DNA of 56,526 nucleotides, filler included, from Sphacelaria rigidula (Eukaryota): NCBI GenBank assembly GCA_964200075.2. It is 3 parts of 3 records of this genome, joined end to end, with 100 filler letters (N's around TTAATTAATTAA, not from the genome) between each part and the next. Parts side by side here need not be neighbours in the genome. Positions count along the whole stretch, not along the records: positions 1 to 18,786 come from CAXNAA020000793.1; 2 more parts are not named here. One strand, given 5' to 3'. Positions 1 to 12,300 of the stretch are shown here, piece by piece (positions within the stretch are counted from its first letter, which is position 1; each line of letters starts with the position of its first letter). The position numbers and the translations under genes were made by a program. The notes beneath the pieces were generated by a model. The model ran no database searches. It was not told the DNA's origin and saw only the letters and a program-made list of their open reading frames with translations.

Positions 1-575
1 GCCCGTCCTGCCCCCGCCCCTCCTCCCCCCCCCCCCCCCCCCCCCTCCTCCTCCTCCTCCTCCTCCTCCTCCTCCTCCTCCTCCTCCTCCTCCTCCTCCT
101 CCTCCTCCTCCTCCTCCTCCTTCTCTTCGTCGTCCTCTTCACCGTCGTCGTCGTCGCCGTCGTCCACATGGTCGTCCTCGGCCTCGTCGCTGCGACATTC
201 GCTGGGGGAATCACTCAATTCGCTCGAGGCCGCTCGGCGACGTTTCCCTTTGCTACTCTTCGTCGCGCCTTCGGTCACGGTTCCTCCCTTCCTGTTCCCG
301 CGAAGTACTACGTTCGTATTGTGTTCGCCACGATACCCACCCTTTTTTTTAACAATGAGCCCACAGCTTTCTTCTTAGCCTCGCTGACAGCAATACCCTA
401 AAAAAAACGTCGGCCGTCCGGGTCGGCCCTCCTCATGTTCGCGGCACTACTATGCGATTTCGCGACGTGACTACTCATAGAGTATTTCCATTCCCATTGC
501 TTACAGAAAATGCACGACATCGGGACATTGGTACACGGGTTGTTTGGGGTATATTTCTTTGCCGTCTGTATAGCT
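1..575 (-). pseudogene. Decayed coding remnant: C2H2-like zinc-finger segment followed by an acidic low-complexity tail, possibly transposon-derived
   Basis: The minus strand reads AIQTAKKYTPNNPCTNVPMSCIFCKQWEWKYSMSSHVAKSH..., with an in-frame TAG at 400-398. After a frameshift it reads ...SDEAEDDHVDDGDDDDGEEDDEEKEEEE, running off the window through the (CCT)n tract. Confidence 0.45.
43..120. repeat. (CCT)n microsatellite preceded by a poly-C run
   Basis: Directly visible; encodes poly-Glu on the minus strand. Confidence 0.95.
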
Positions 576-3500
576 TGTAGCCCCTCTAGCTTTCAAAGCA
601 GAGCCTCGTCATGAACTGAGCTCGGGTCACCTTTCTATCTATCCAACCTTGCCGAGGCTACCCGACTTTTTTGGGCCAGCTTGAATCAGACAATCGATGT
701 GGTTCGCCCACTACACAGCAGACACCATCTGCTGCTTCTCTTTCATCTTGCTGTCTTTGACTCTGATCAATGATTCCGTCCCTATTTAACGTCAGGTTAG
801 AGTTAGTGTACTTGGTGTGTATAGGAATGAGTGCTGAGTTGATATATATACAGAAAATAGTACAGGCGACCCCCCCCCCCCCTCAGAAGGTCGAAAATAA
901 AAAAATGGGAGTGTGGATCCAGGAATATTTTTTTGTGCCCTCTTAGGGTATGAGCCATTTGCGACACCTTCAAAACTGGAAACTTCACATAAATTACAGT
1001 ATGAAAGTGTGTGATGTGCTGCGCCCCTTTTTCTCATGTGTAATCATTTTACGGTACAAAGCTACTACTGTTGTACCGTGCTCTGCAGTGCAATCGTGCA
1101 CAATATTCTGTCGCCTACAGTCCAATACGGCGTGCACTGGGAACACAACACTAGATGCCCTGTTAATGCCAACATGATTAAAGGCATATCGTTTGGCGAG
1201 GCGATGTGGCGACGCCAAACCCTCAGTGCTGGAAAGTACGGTTGTGGACTTGTCCTGTGCTGCCGCAGGGGCGCAGCGGTTTACGAGGTTTACGAGGATT
1301 ATGCGGCGTAACTGCAGCTGGTGTATCCTCCGACGGTTGATCGGTGCCATTTTCGACTTTTGCACTTGATTTATTTTGGTCAAGTTCTCCACCGCCGCTG
1401 CAGGCACCAACGTGAAACTTGGTGCGCACCAGTCGGGCACACCACAGCCAGTGTATATACCGAAGCACAGCCCCCTTCCTCCCCCGAGCAAATTAAAAAA
1501 AGCGAATTCTGATTTTGGGCAATACCGCATGTATGCCCTCAAAACGACCGTCTCGCGGCCGAGATTCTGTGCACCGTGAGTGAATGCATATGTGGACATG
1601 GTAGCGCACTCACTTCCGCATCATGACCACCTGGGAGGCTGAAGTGCTCGCAAACAAACATACATACGTTCTGGCGCCGCCTCTGGATGATGACAATCTG
1701 TAGAAAAGCCATTCCATTATCGACTGTAGAGATGCTCAGACCAGGAGGTACGGTCGTGCGCGCGCTGTCGTCGCTACTATGCGTTGAAACTTCGCTCACA
1801 TCTCATGTAGACCACAATCAACAAGTCTATGCATCTAGAGCTGGGGTTGGGCGTTGCAGCAGTGCGCGAGGGGATGAAAAGAGCTCCATTTCTGTTCCGA
1901 AGTAATTGTTTTTTTTTCCGCGCAAGATTGAAATGTTTCACAACTTCGGCGTCTAGGACATGCGCTGTAGGCACAGCCCATACGTGGGGATACATTTTTG
2001 TAGTGAAATGTGAAATTCAACCAATCAGAGGCCCTTCAGTAAGGAATCGGCGGAATCTAGCGCCAATGAAATGCGACCTTCGTAGTGAATTATGTGGTGG
2101 AAACTGCTTCTGATTGACTCGCAGGCTCGAGTCACACCTGTGTTGTGTACCCAGGGATGGAAAGAGCAGCAGCAGAGAAACGGAGCTACGAGCAGACAAG
2201 CGGACATCGAGTGGTACATTGCTGCCGCAGTGGGTCATGGCGATGCTCGTGTATCAGTATATCCCCGCCCTAGTATGGCTGGTTGTGTCTTTCCGTGGCC
2301 GCCAGCGCTGGCGCCGATGCCAGCAGCAGCAGCCGTCATGCTGACGGCTGCAAGTGATACCCTGGTGGTGCAGTATATCCACACTGTGCTGTGTGTTGCT
2401 CCTTTGATCGGAGCATGGGATCTGGCCCAGCCGGTCGAGCGGTGTATACTGGTGCTAGTTATGTGCCTTTACCCAGCCATGTTGGGTATCGCGCAAGTGA
2501 TCGGTCCGGGTGACATCAAGTTTTCAACAGGCAGTCAAGTGTGTAGACAGCACTGCGTCTCGACTGATACTAGATGTTACATAGAGACGAACACAACAAT
2601 ACAGCATATCCAGCAATCTCAGCGGAGACCCAACCGTCTCCGCAAGGTCTAAAACACACCACAGAACAGTGATAACTACAGCACATCAGAGCGGATGTGA
2701 GTGTGTGCTGCAGGACAGTGAAACAAGACATGTCCCATGTTTTACTTCTTCGGCTGATTTCAAAGGGGTCCTCAGTGTTTGCCGGGTGCCGATCTTGAAC
2801 GCTCGGACATAATCGCGCTTTGCGCGAATAATTGAACATGCTATAAAATTCATCCCCATGTATGGGCGTTGTGCCGCGCTGTATGGTCATTCCCTTCGTG
2901 ACAGTTTTGGGGCTGTTTTTTGGGGGGGAGGGGACTCTCGCGGCATTACTTTAATGAAATAGGCCCGATTACATCCCCTGAAGCGCCTCGGCAAACACCT
3001 CGGTATACTCCTGCGTGCACATGTGACTGAGGGGTATTAGTTGCTAAGAGGAGGGTGATTTTTAGCCATGTACTTGGTTTCGGTTATGTGGTACTGAACC
3101 CAGCCCGGAATCCTCATACGAGTACCCATGCACGAAAAACACGCTGAAGACAACTTAATCTGTACGGCAAGGTGAAGAGACCCAAGGGCACCTGAATTCG
3201 CCACACCGTCAAGGCTACTTGCCCATCCCGACTTGAAGGCGGCAAAAGACTACCGAGCCGTGTGTTTATCCAGGTTCAGTACCCATTAGTCCCTAGAGGG
3301 TTAAACCCCTGACCTCCAGCATCATTTCGGAGTAGTTAGACCGGCTGACGGCCCAGGGCTTCCAATGTTTTTGACAGAGGAGCGCACAGGTTCCCCAATC
3401 TTCGGCGGATACTTCCCAGTTCAACCATGCGTGTTTCCGGGAAATATTCACGTCACTGCAAAAGGGCTGAAGGGGGGTACGGTGACCATTTGACAGCTCT

Positions 3501-3592
3501 GATTGATGGGATGATCCACCAAGTTCCCCTACAAATCGGCCCAATATCACCCACCCGGAGGTGAAGACGTATTTTGCCGGTCGGCCATCAAC

Positions 3593-3595
<3 letters not shown>

Positions 3596-3633
<38 letters not shown>
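3596..3633. repeat. (CA)n microsatellite
   Basis: Directly visible; another copy lies at ~51099-51126. Confidence 0.95.
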
Positions 3634-3635
<2 letters not shown>

Positions 3636-4431
3636 AAAAAAGGTGCTTTCTGCTCTGCTCTATCTTTGCCTCCTACCTACAGTAGCACCTGCTCTGTTGT
3701 CAAAAGCTGCGCGCTGTACTGTGTGCAGTGGTGGGCCGAGGCACTGCACTGCACTACTGTACTGTTCGACGCGTTCAGCCGCTGATGAGAAACGTCCATC
3801 TGTACGGTACACTGTACAGGAGCATCGCGATACCACAGAGTAAGTACAGTTATGACAGACACGCAGCGTAACATCAAACACACGCAGGAGGTGCGCTAGC
3901 GACGTCTTGAAAGTACGAAGACTATTCAAGCAAGGCGGAAAGTATGTTGCTTGAGTACACCGTAGCAAAAAGGGTAGCCAACGTGGCACCACTTCCTTGC
4001 GCATGACATCATGTACCACCAACGTTGCATGCCGAAACGTACACTCACGTGGCTTGGCCAGAAAAAACAGCCAGGGGTCCGTGCGTACGCTTTCCCACAC
4101 GAACACTCGACACACACCTCTTTAGATAAACGGGCACATGTTGCCCCTCTTGAAAAACAACATATACGAAGCCAAATTTGACCAAGGGTGATGCTCGGCG
4201 ATGTGCGGGAACGTGCAGGTCAAAGGGCTAACGACTTGAACGCCAGATGCTACAAGTGGACCACTAGACAAATGTGACGTGAGTGCTTTTAGTTAAGCAC
4301 TTGAGTCGAGATTCGAGGACCATGGGATAAATACACTGTTTTTTTTTTATGACAAACAATAAACACCACTTGGTTACCGTCTGGGACCACACTAGCACAG
4401 GATTTCCAGGTATCCTGCACATGTTGTTTAT

Positions 4432-4806
4432 CCGGGGTTGGTGAGCATTTCATCCACTTAGCGGAAGTTGTTGGTGCTCACCGCTGAGGACCGAAGCCCG
4501 GTGTGGTTGGGTGACTCTTGCACAGAGTCGAGCTGGGAGCGCTAAAAGTAAGGTTTAGTCGGTGATACTCCGAGACTACCTGGGTAAGGAAGAAGTGTCC
4601 CCCGCCTTCGTGCCTACCCGTACACCGAACCAACGGGTATGACGGATTTGCTCGAGCGCAGACCCTGAAAATGCAGGGGAGTAAAGCGCGACCGCCACGG
4701 CGGTCAAATGTGCTGTACGAAGCTAGAAGTAGCGAAGTACATGGCAAGTGTTTCCTGCCTGTCTCCTCGGGACAAAAAAGGGAAGGGAAAAGTTGTTGGT
4801 GCTCAC
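4432..4806 (+). mobile_element. Hairpin-rich, probably retroposed element bounded by a 17-bp direct repeat
   Basis: AAGTTGTTGGTGCTCAC occurs at 4465-4481 and 4790-4806. The 3' end is purine-rich (CAAAAAAGGGAAGGGAA) and there are five short stem-loops inside. Confidence 0.45.
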
Positions 4807-4922
4807 TTTTGTCTAGTTCAGAGCGTCGTGTTGTGTGTGGACATGGGTAGGATCGTTGTACTGTGTTGTACTATGTTGTGCTGTATCTCGATCTGCACGT
4901 TCAGGCATCAATCTGCAAAGCC

Positions 4923-5508
4923 GGTCGCCCCGGTGGGTCAGGTGGCAACCCCGAAACCCTCTGGCGGTTGGGTCGTGGGTTCGAATCTCGGAGCGATCTG
5001 GGGTTTTTTTTTGACACAATGCCCGATAGTGGAGAGTAACTACGTCGTGGGTACACAAAAAATCGACTTCATGAATGGTCGACGAGGGAGAGGGACTGCT
5101 GAACCCCGTCTTGCGATAAAAAATATAGGCAAGCACCGCAGGAGAAAGGTGGGGAACTAAAACAAACAAGGACAAATCTCCTGTGTTGGCCTTCCTCCTG
5201 TGTGACCCCAGCTGGTCGCCCACATATACCGAAAGGGGTAGACTGGCGTCCAGAATAGATAGAACGACAACACACACAACACAGGCATCGACGTCGTACA
5301 TTTCACTATGTTTTGTCGTTGAGGATTGTGCTTGAGAACAAAGAGGAGCCGTTGTAGTAGCGTTAGGGTTACCGAGCTGGATCGAAGGTCAACCAGGGAT
5401 GGTGTTGCGAAAGAAGCCTGGTGCTCGAGGGTTTGCAAGGAAAAAGAAACGAATGCGGAAAGTAACACAAGAAGTATAACGACTGGCTCGTATACCATTG
5501 CAAACTAA
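4923..5508 (+). mobile_element. tRNA-derived SINE, family 1, copy 1
   Basis: The head has an A-box-like GGTGGGTCAGGTGG and a B-box GGTTCGAATC. The body aligns by eye with 31262-31760. Confidence 0.7.
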
Positions 5509-6387
5509 CTTCTGTGTATCACTCTGTTGGTCGGCCATTCGCGTATGGAAATTTGTACTGTGCCGTGCTGTACTGTACTGTCTGCACCGCTGTACTGCAT
5601 CTTGTGCTGTGTTGTAGTGTTTTTGTAATTGAGTTGATCGCACTTGTTAAAAACACCCGCATCCTGAGGTTCTTCCAAAATCCTAACCACAGGCCTGTCG
5701 CAGTCCACATTAGCCAACTTCTCTGGCGGAGATCCTCGCTTGATCTATGCGCTAAAACAAGTATACACTTGATCTGACTTTCGCAAGCGTTATGAAAACA
5801 GACAACCGGCGATACACATCCCTACTTACGGGGGTTATCGTATAGGATGGGCCCAATATTGAGTTGGTCCATACATGTATATATATATACATATACACAC
5901 ACATCTACATTTTCAACACAAACGCCCTGTCCACGTGTCTGCTGCTGTACCATACTGCACCACAAAAATATACAGTACAAGCGAAATAGGGGGTACGGGT
6001 GCCGTGTGAGGAAGATCATGAAGTTCGGTATGATTCCCCCTGACATCAGTCCGCTGACGTAAGGTGAACGGTATATTACACACAAGTTCACTGTGAAATA
6101 CGGTAAGTTAACCCACTTACCGTCGAAAGCCACGTACATAAAATCCAATGGTAACTTGCACGTAAATTTTTGGCTATCCGCTTCTGCTTACCCTCTAGCT
6201 GACCTCGTACATACTTGTCGATGTCCATCTTTTAATACAGGATCAGGCCTTCGTTTTTGTGTACGGACGTTGATATGCACTCTATTTTATTACAATTGAG
6301 GGCACGGAAAGGTGATGATATTCTGGTCGATAAACCACACACACCTATATATATATATGTATATACCTTCCTGTTTCGCGTCTTTCA

Positions 6388-9300
6388 ATGGCTCCTTTCG
6401 GCGAAGCTCGCAGGCTAGTTTCTGCGTACCTGCTCCTGCACAGTAGAAGAGCTTTGCACTTTGCACAAGCCGTCGCAACTGCGCCGTGCTGCGCCGTAAG
6501 TGAACTGCACCGTACCTCTACACTTCGTAACCTGCATTGCAGACGGTGCTGTGCTTGTGCTCCACTGCACGCTACCGCTTCGTAGTGATGGGCCTAATAC
6601 TCTCGCGGATCGCGGATTGAAACCGTCTGTTCTCGCGTCGCTCGCGTGGGCTCTTCAGACTGCTTGGAGGGGAGCTCGGAGGTGAAGCAGATCGCAATGG
6701 AGATCGTCGGACATCTCGCCGGCATGGCGGAGTCCATGTCTCCATTCCAGCTGCATGAGGTGTGATCACAGTGAAGACTCTGCATGTCCTCGTCACTGTT
6801 GCTGTACCCTATGTCAATGGTGGAAAATCCCCCCCCCTCCGGGTGAAGAGTTTGTTAGCCTCAACTTCGTCGAGAAGCGAAGCGGGGAGCCCCTGCACTC
6901 ACTGCCGAGGGTATCCTGTGCATGGAAACATCTCGACGGATTCCTTCGTACGTTACAGCTCTCAGCGGCGTGGCATCCGGAGGTTTGAAGGGGGAAAAGC
7001 GTGGTGGTGAAGGATTTGTCTTCTAGTGGAATCCAGCCAAAAGCACTCCTCGCTGCTGGGTCCGTTGTACCCACAGCGTGCGTAACCCCATGAAAATGAA
7101 GACTTACACACATCGATCCATGACGGAAGTCACAGTTGCTTGGGCAGATCGGGGAGTAAGTAGGAGGAAATCTCCAGGGAAGGGCGATTGTGGTTCAGTG
7201 GATTTCTCGATTGAGAGAGGTGGACTATTTCGCCACGTCCTCCGAGAGAGACACTTAGCTCAGCTCTAATACCCTTACACCCCCAGTATGCCACTGAGAA
7301 CTGACTGTATAACGGATGGAATAGGGTACGCTTCATGCGCTGAATAATTGCATTTTTTGTCTCGAGTTATGAATATATATATATTTTTTTCATTTTTTTT
7401 TTACTATCGTGATTGATTCACAGTCCTCGTAAAAATGCAATCAGGCGTCGTCGCTGTGGTCTACTGTGGCGCGCACTCTGCAAGATGGATCTCCTCACCG
7501 ACTCATCACCATTGCGGCTCTCTTCGCGGTGTCTCATCAGACCATGGGACCCTCGGGTGAGTTTAACGCCGACACGGGGCCTGCAAGACGCGCAAGGACG
7601 GTTTTTGTCGTGCAGCACGCTACAGTCCGAACCAATGAAGTATACAGAGCTCGGAAACGGTTTGTCTGACCATAAACCAGTCCAATGGTTACGCGTAGCG
7701 CAACCATCAACCAGTAAAATGGTACATGATGGTTTGGTCATCGAGCGGCGCAGCCGCGAGCCAAAAGTTCCCCCCCGGTAGAGAGAGCCTCGCCGGAGGC
7801 ATGTTTTAACGCGATTTGGCTTCATGAGAGCTAAAAAGCACGTTAAATTTGGGTCAATTTTCAAGGGCTGTATGTAGCATACGTAGCCGGTAACAACTTA
7901 TAAAGCCGGTAACGGTAAACAATGGTCTGAAATTATCATCTATTTTTTTCATATAACCATCACCATTAATTATCATCATAATGATCATGGCCAGTTATAA
8001 CTGGTTCCGTTTCCGAGCTCTAGTAGTATTGGTGGTGAGGGTGGTGGTGGAGGGTAGGTTTGTGCGTACGTACATGCGTATTGGGTCGTCGTGTGCCCTC
8101 GAGTGAGATCACTCACTGACACGGCAAGGAGCGCTTGCTGTGGGCTCGTGGACCAGACCTATATTGATGCATGTTTTGTGAAGTAGTAAACTGTAATCAG
8201 AGCAAGAGATGACTCACTGCTTGGGCAACTGGCGATATTTCGTGGTAATAGTATCCTCTATATTGACTAGAAACAAGTGTATGTGCCCCCATGTTTTCAT
8301 TGTTTTCCAAGCTCTCATGCGCCCACGAGACTCCCGACACTTAAGTCACGTCGGCATTTTTTTTCCAGATGATGACAACTGTGCCGGGATACGTTACTTT
8401 TCAGTCTCGGAACAATGCTTTTAACGCTCATTTGCTTTTGAGCGTGGCTCATGTCTTCAACGCCTGCACTGCAACATTGTCTCACCGACACGGCATCTCT
8501 TCGCCGTCCCACCTCTCAGTCATGGAGTCACAGGCCCCGCTCTTGGCGCCTGCGGTTGCGAAGGCCATGCAACATCAGAGTACCGTAGTTCGAAAAGAGG
8601 CGGCAGCTGCTATCCACTGTCTTCTAGGCGACGCCCCGGCGGCCATGGCGCGATGCGCCACAGCTCCCTCACATGTGCGTTGTAAAATCGACACTTGCTG
8701 GATTTTTTTTTCTTCTGTGCTGCATGCCTCTGACCTGCCATTTGCTCATCATTACCCAATGGACGTCCCCTCTTCAGCGTGAAACCTCACTAAATGGCAA
8801 GGGAGAGCCCAAATCTGATGAATGAAATGCTGGATCCTGACCCGTGTGGATATGTTTTTTTTCGTTCAAGGAGGTTGTACACAGTTGTGACAAACCGATA
8901 GATGGCCTCAAGGCTACGGCCATAGATTTAGCGGCCGCGGATGAACTCGGTGACACGTTCGCAGCATCTATTCTCGTGGGAACCACACAACAGCACATCA
9001 CGGCGGATGCGCCGTGATACCGACAACGAGCAAGTGTTTAAACCACCCTTGGGAAGGAAAAAAAAGAAGCATCGGCCTCCGAAAAGCGCTTTGGTGAAAC
9101 GATGCCGGAAATAACAACCTCTGCGAAAAAATGTCCTCCACAGCACTTGGAGATTGTAACGCCCCACAGTCACACCATGGTTTGTTTCCCCATGAAACCG
9201 TTGCTCCCCGACGTTGGCACAGCAGGAAGAGGGCTCGTGGGCGCCAGCTTTGCTGTGTCTGTGCATTGACGACAGCCCAGGTGTGAGGGCCGAAGCAATC

Positions 9301-12300
9301 AACACGGCCAAATCAGCGATCAGGTGTCTGCAGGGTAGACCTGGGATTGCGGCGTGGGTATTAGGCAAGCTGAACGATGGCAGTCTCTACCAAGGCATGG
9401 ATAGGTGAGCAAGATGAAATGCATATTTCCGGTTGTCTCAATGAATCAACCAATTCCTCTCTCGGTACCTGCTTTGCAATTCGCCGTCGGATGGGCACGC
9501 CCGCAGCCCGTCGACTAGCATCCTTTTTTTTTCTATTAAAAGCTCACGTGGTCACACTTGCCGCGATGAACCCGTTGACACAAAGCAATTTGGGTTGGGA
9601 ATTGAACTCACTTTTTCGCCCACACGGCCGATGACGTACGAGTTTGACCACCTGGGCACGGCGGCAGCTGTTGTTAGTCGAATTATCTCGGCGAGTTGCG
9701 AGGTCCTGTGCAACCGAAACTTGGGATGACGCCTCAGTTTTACATACATCGTTCTTGGTGGCATTTCTTTGCCACGTGCTACGAGTACCAGGGAGCCCAG
9801 CAATGGGGTGAATCATGCACTGCAGTTAAACGGGTTGCCCTCCGATGAGTTATTGGCCTATCCCACACGCTCCGTCGATGGGCAAGTTCCGCGCGACTAT
9901 CGACACTCTACTTTTTGCCCTGGTGCTGCAGATCAGGACGGTCTTATTGCGAACAGTCGCGCCTGCCTCCAAGAGCAGCAGGTAAGTTCACGGCTTGCAC
10001 GCCCTCCACCCAAAAACACCACCCCGGCGTGCGCTAACTGTCGTGAGGCAATGTCAACCTTTGCTCATTTTGTCGTTGCCTTTTTTTTTCAAATATTCTA
10101 CAGGGTTTTATATCACCAGCATAACATCCCTCCACGATCGGCACCAGCCGCTTCGGGGGACTTGTCATCGCGCCCGGCACCGAACACCACCGCAACTCCC
10201 ACGGCGGTGTCACGCGCAACGGTTACAGCATTGGCAGCAGTCGCGTCTTCTACCCCTTCGTCGACGGAATCAGCCGCCGCAGGGGGAAGCGGTAACGATG
10301 CGAGCGGCGCAGCGACAGGCACAAGCGCGCGTGCGACCGCCCCGTCTAGTCCCCGCGTCAAGCATGCGGTGAGTTGACCCGAGTAGGCCTATAAATTCGC
10401 CCATAGGAGACCCCTCAGGCACCCAATACTCCGTCTCAGCGTCGCAGCGCCGCAGCGCCGCATGCGTCTGGGGACCCATCGTGTGGTGGAACCCTGTTGC
10501 CATTTTGCGCTGCGCCGCACTGTCGTCTTGTCCTGTTCGAATCCACCGGTGTGTATGTATATAGCGCCGGTTTTCATATCTGCTGAGAACGTTTACGCGC
10601 TTCCTACGTTTCTTACTACTACTGAGTTTTTGGTGCGGTCCCCACGAAAGAAAAAATATATATTTTCGTTTACGGTTGAGACAACTCCGCGTTTGTTTCA
10701 CTTTCTCGCGTGTCCTCTGACAGGTGTTGGCATGGGCCGTGCACCTGTCCCTCGCTGACCCGGATACTCTAGTGGACAGCCGGCTTAACCCTCACAACAC
10801 TTGTGATAAGGCCATGGCGAAGCTACTGGAGGTCACAGGTCGATTCAAAGATCCAAGGCCCTCGGTGAGCGATGCCTGAAGATAGTGAGCACTTTTTTTA
10901 ATGAGTCAATGAATGGAACTTGGTTCAATGTCATCGGCCTACCTTGTGGAGGCATCTCTCTCTCCCCCCCCCCTCGCCCGAAAATGATCACATGTACTCA
11001 TTTTGATGCTGGGATAAATCAGCCGCCTCCTGAACGGCGTTTTTTTCTGACGTACTTCACCCGCTGCTCTTTGTCATGGAATGAATAAATGTTATACTTC
11101 AGAATCAGTATCGTGGAGGTGAAGGCATCGATTCCTTTGATAAAAATGCTCTTTTGCAGTCCCACTTCCGCACCTATATTTTGTTTCAGCGCCATTTGTC
11201 AACGAAAATTCGGCTGGAAGTCATGTCAACTGAACTGAAAAACACCTGACGGCGAAATCAATCGCTGCCGGGCTTTGGCGTACACCCAACCTTCCGTACA
11301 TTCAGTGACCCATGATTGCGGGTCGTCAGCAGTCAGTTCTCGCGATAATGCCGGTGTTTTTCGGGGGGTCTGCCGCTCCGCTCCCGGGATAGATATCTTG
11401 ACGTTTTGCCTCCACACGGTGTGTTTGCTGGAACAAACAGGTGCGACTCGTAGCGGTGGACGCGTGGGAAATGTTTGTCTCCTCCTGTCTCGCCAAAGTT
11501 AGCCCCAACAAGGTAATATTTCCCTTTCTTTCAGGGTTCCACCCAACCGACGTGCTATCTGGTGAGAGCTTCTATGGCGAGCATTTTCGGCATCATCGTG
11601 GTTTGGGCGTCCATGCGGGGCCCACACCGAACAGCATGCCCCATCTTGTGAATAGTTGCACCCTGCGTTCATACACACATATGCACACATCGCAGAACGC
11701 TGCCAAACTCTTGTCAAATTGCTACTGCCCTGACCTTTTTCAAAAAACAAAATCCCGATTCTCATGTCCACGACACTCCATGTTACAGCGGTGTTCTCTC
11801 GATCGTGGAACGGAACTGCGCCTCACTTTTGTTCCTTCATTTTTGCGTCCTGTCTCATTACCCCTTGCGAACGTGCTGCGTGGATCATGACCATTATCGT
11901 AGGCTGCCAAGGTGACGGAGCTAGCGTTGAAACCATTTGCGAATCGAATATTTGCAGAAAGGTGAGCCAGAATCGACGGAGACGCCCACTTTACAACTAA
12001 AACCATTCGTAGGACCCAGTTTTTCCGGTTGTCTACATTTGTTTGGGCGTGGGTGGGTGTGAGAATTTGCGATACAAGCGAGCACTGGAACGTTTCCTCC
12101 CCGAATGGGCACGTTGATACCCGCGAAAGTCAATTTATGTTCCGAACTACACCGCCGTCTCGACCGCAGGCCAAAGCAAACGACTCACGTGAGATGAGCG
12201 ATTCCAAGGGTAGCATCGACGGTACGCCCACCACCACAATTCACAAGTTCGTGTCATGCCAGTGAGCGATTCCCCTCCGCCCGCGAGCCTGGCGTTGCAG

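Noticed and set aside
1385..1576. Exon-like segment ending in GTGAGT, and the overlapping 201-aa minus ORF
   Set aside because: No recognisable product and no partner exons found.
4690..4726. Helitron-like 3' hairpin plus CTAG
   Set aside because: CTAG is followed by A rather than T, and the element continues beyond it.
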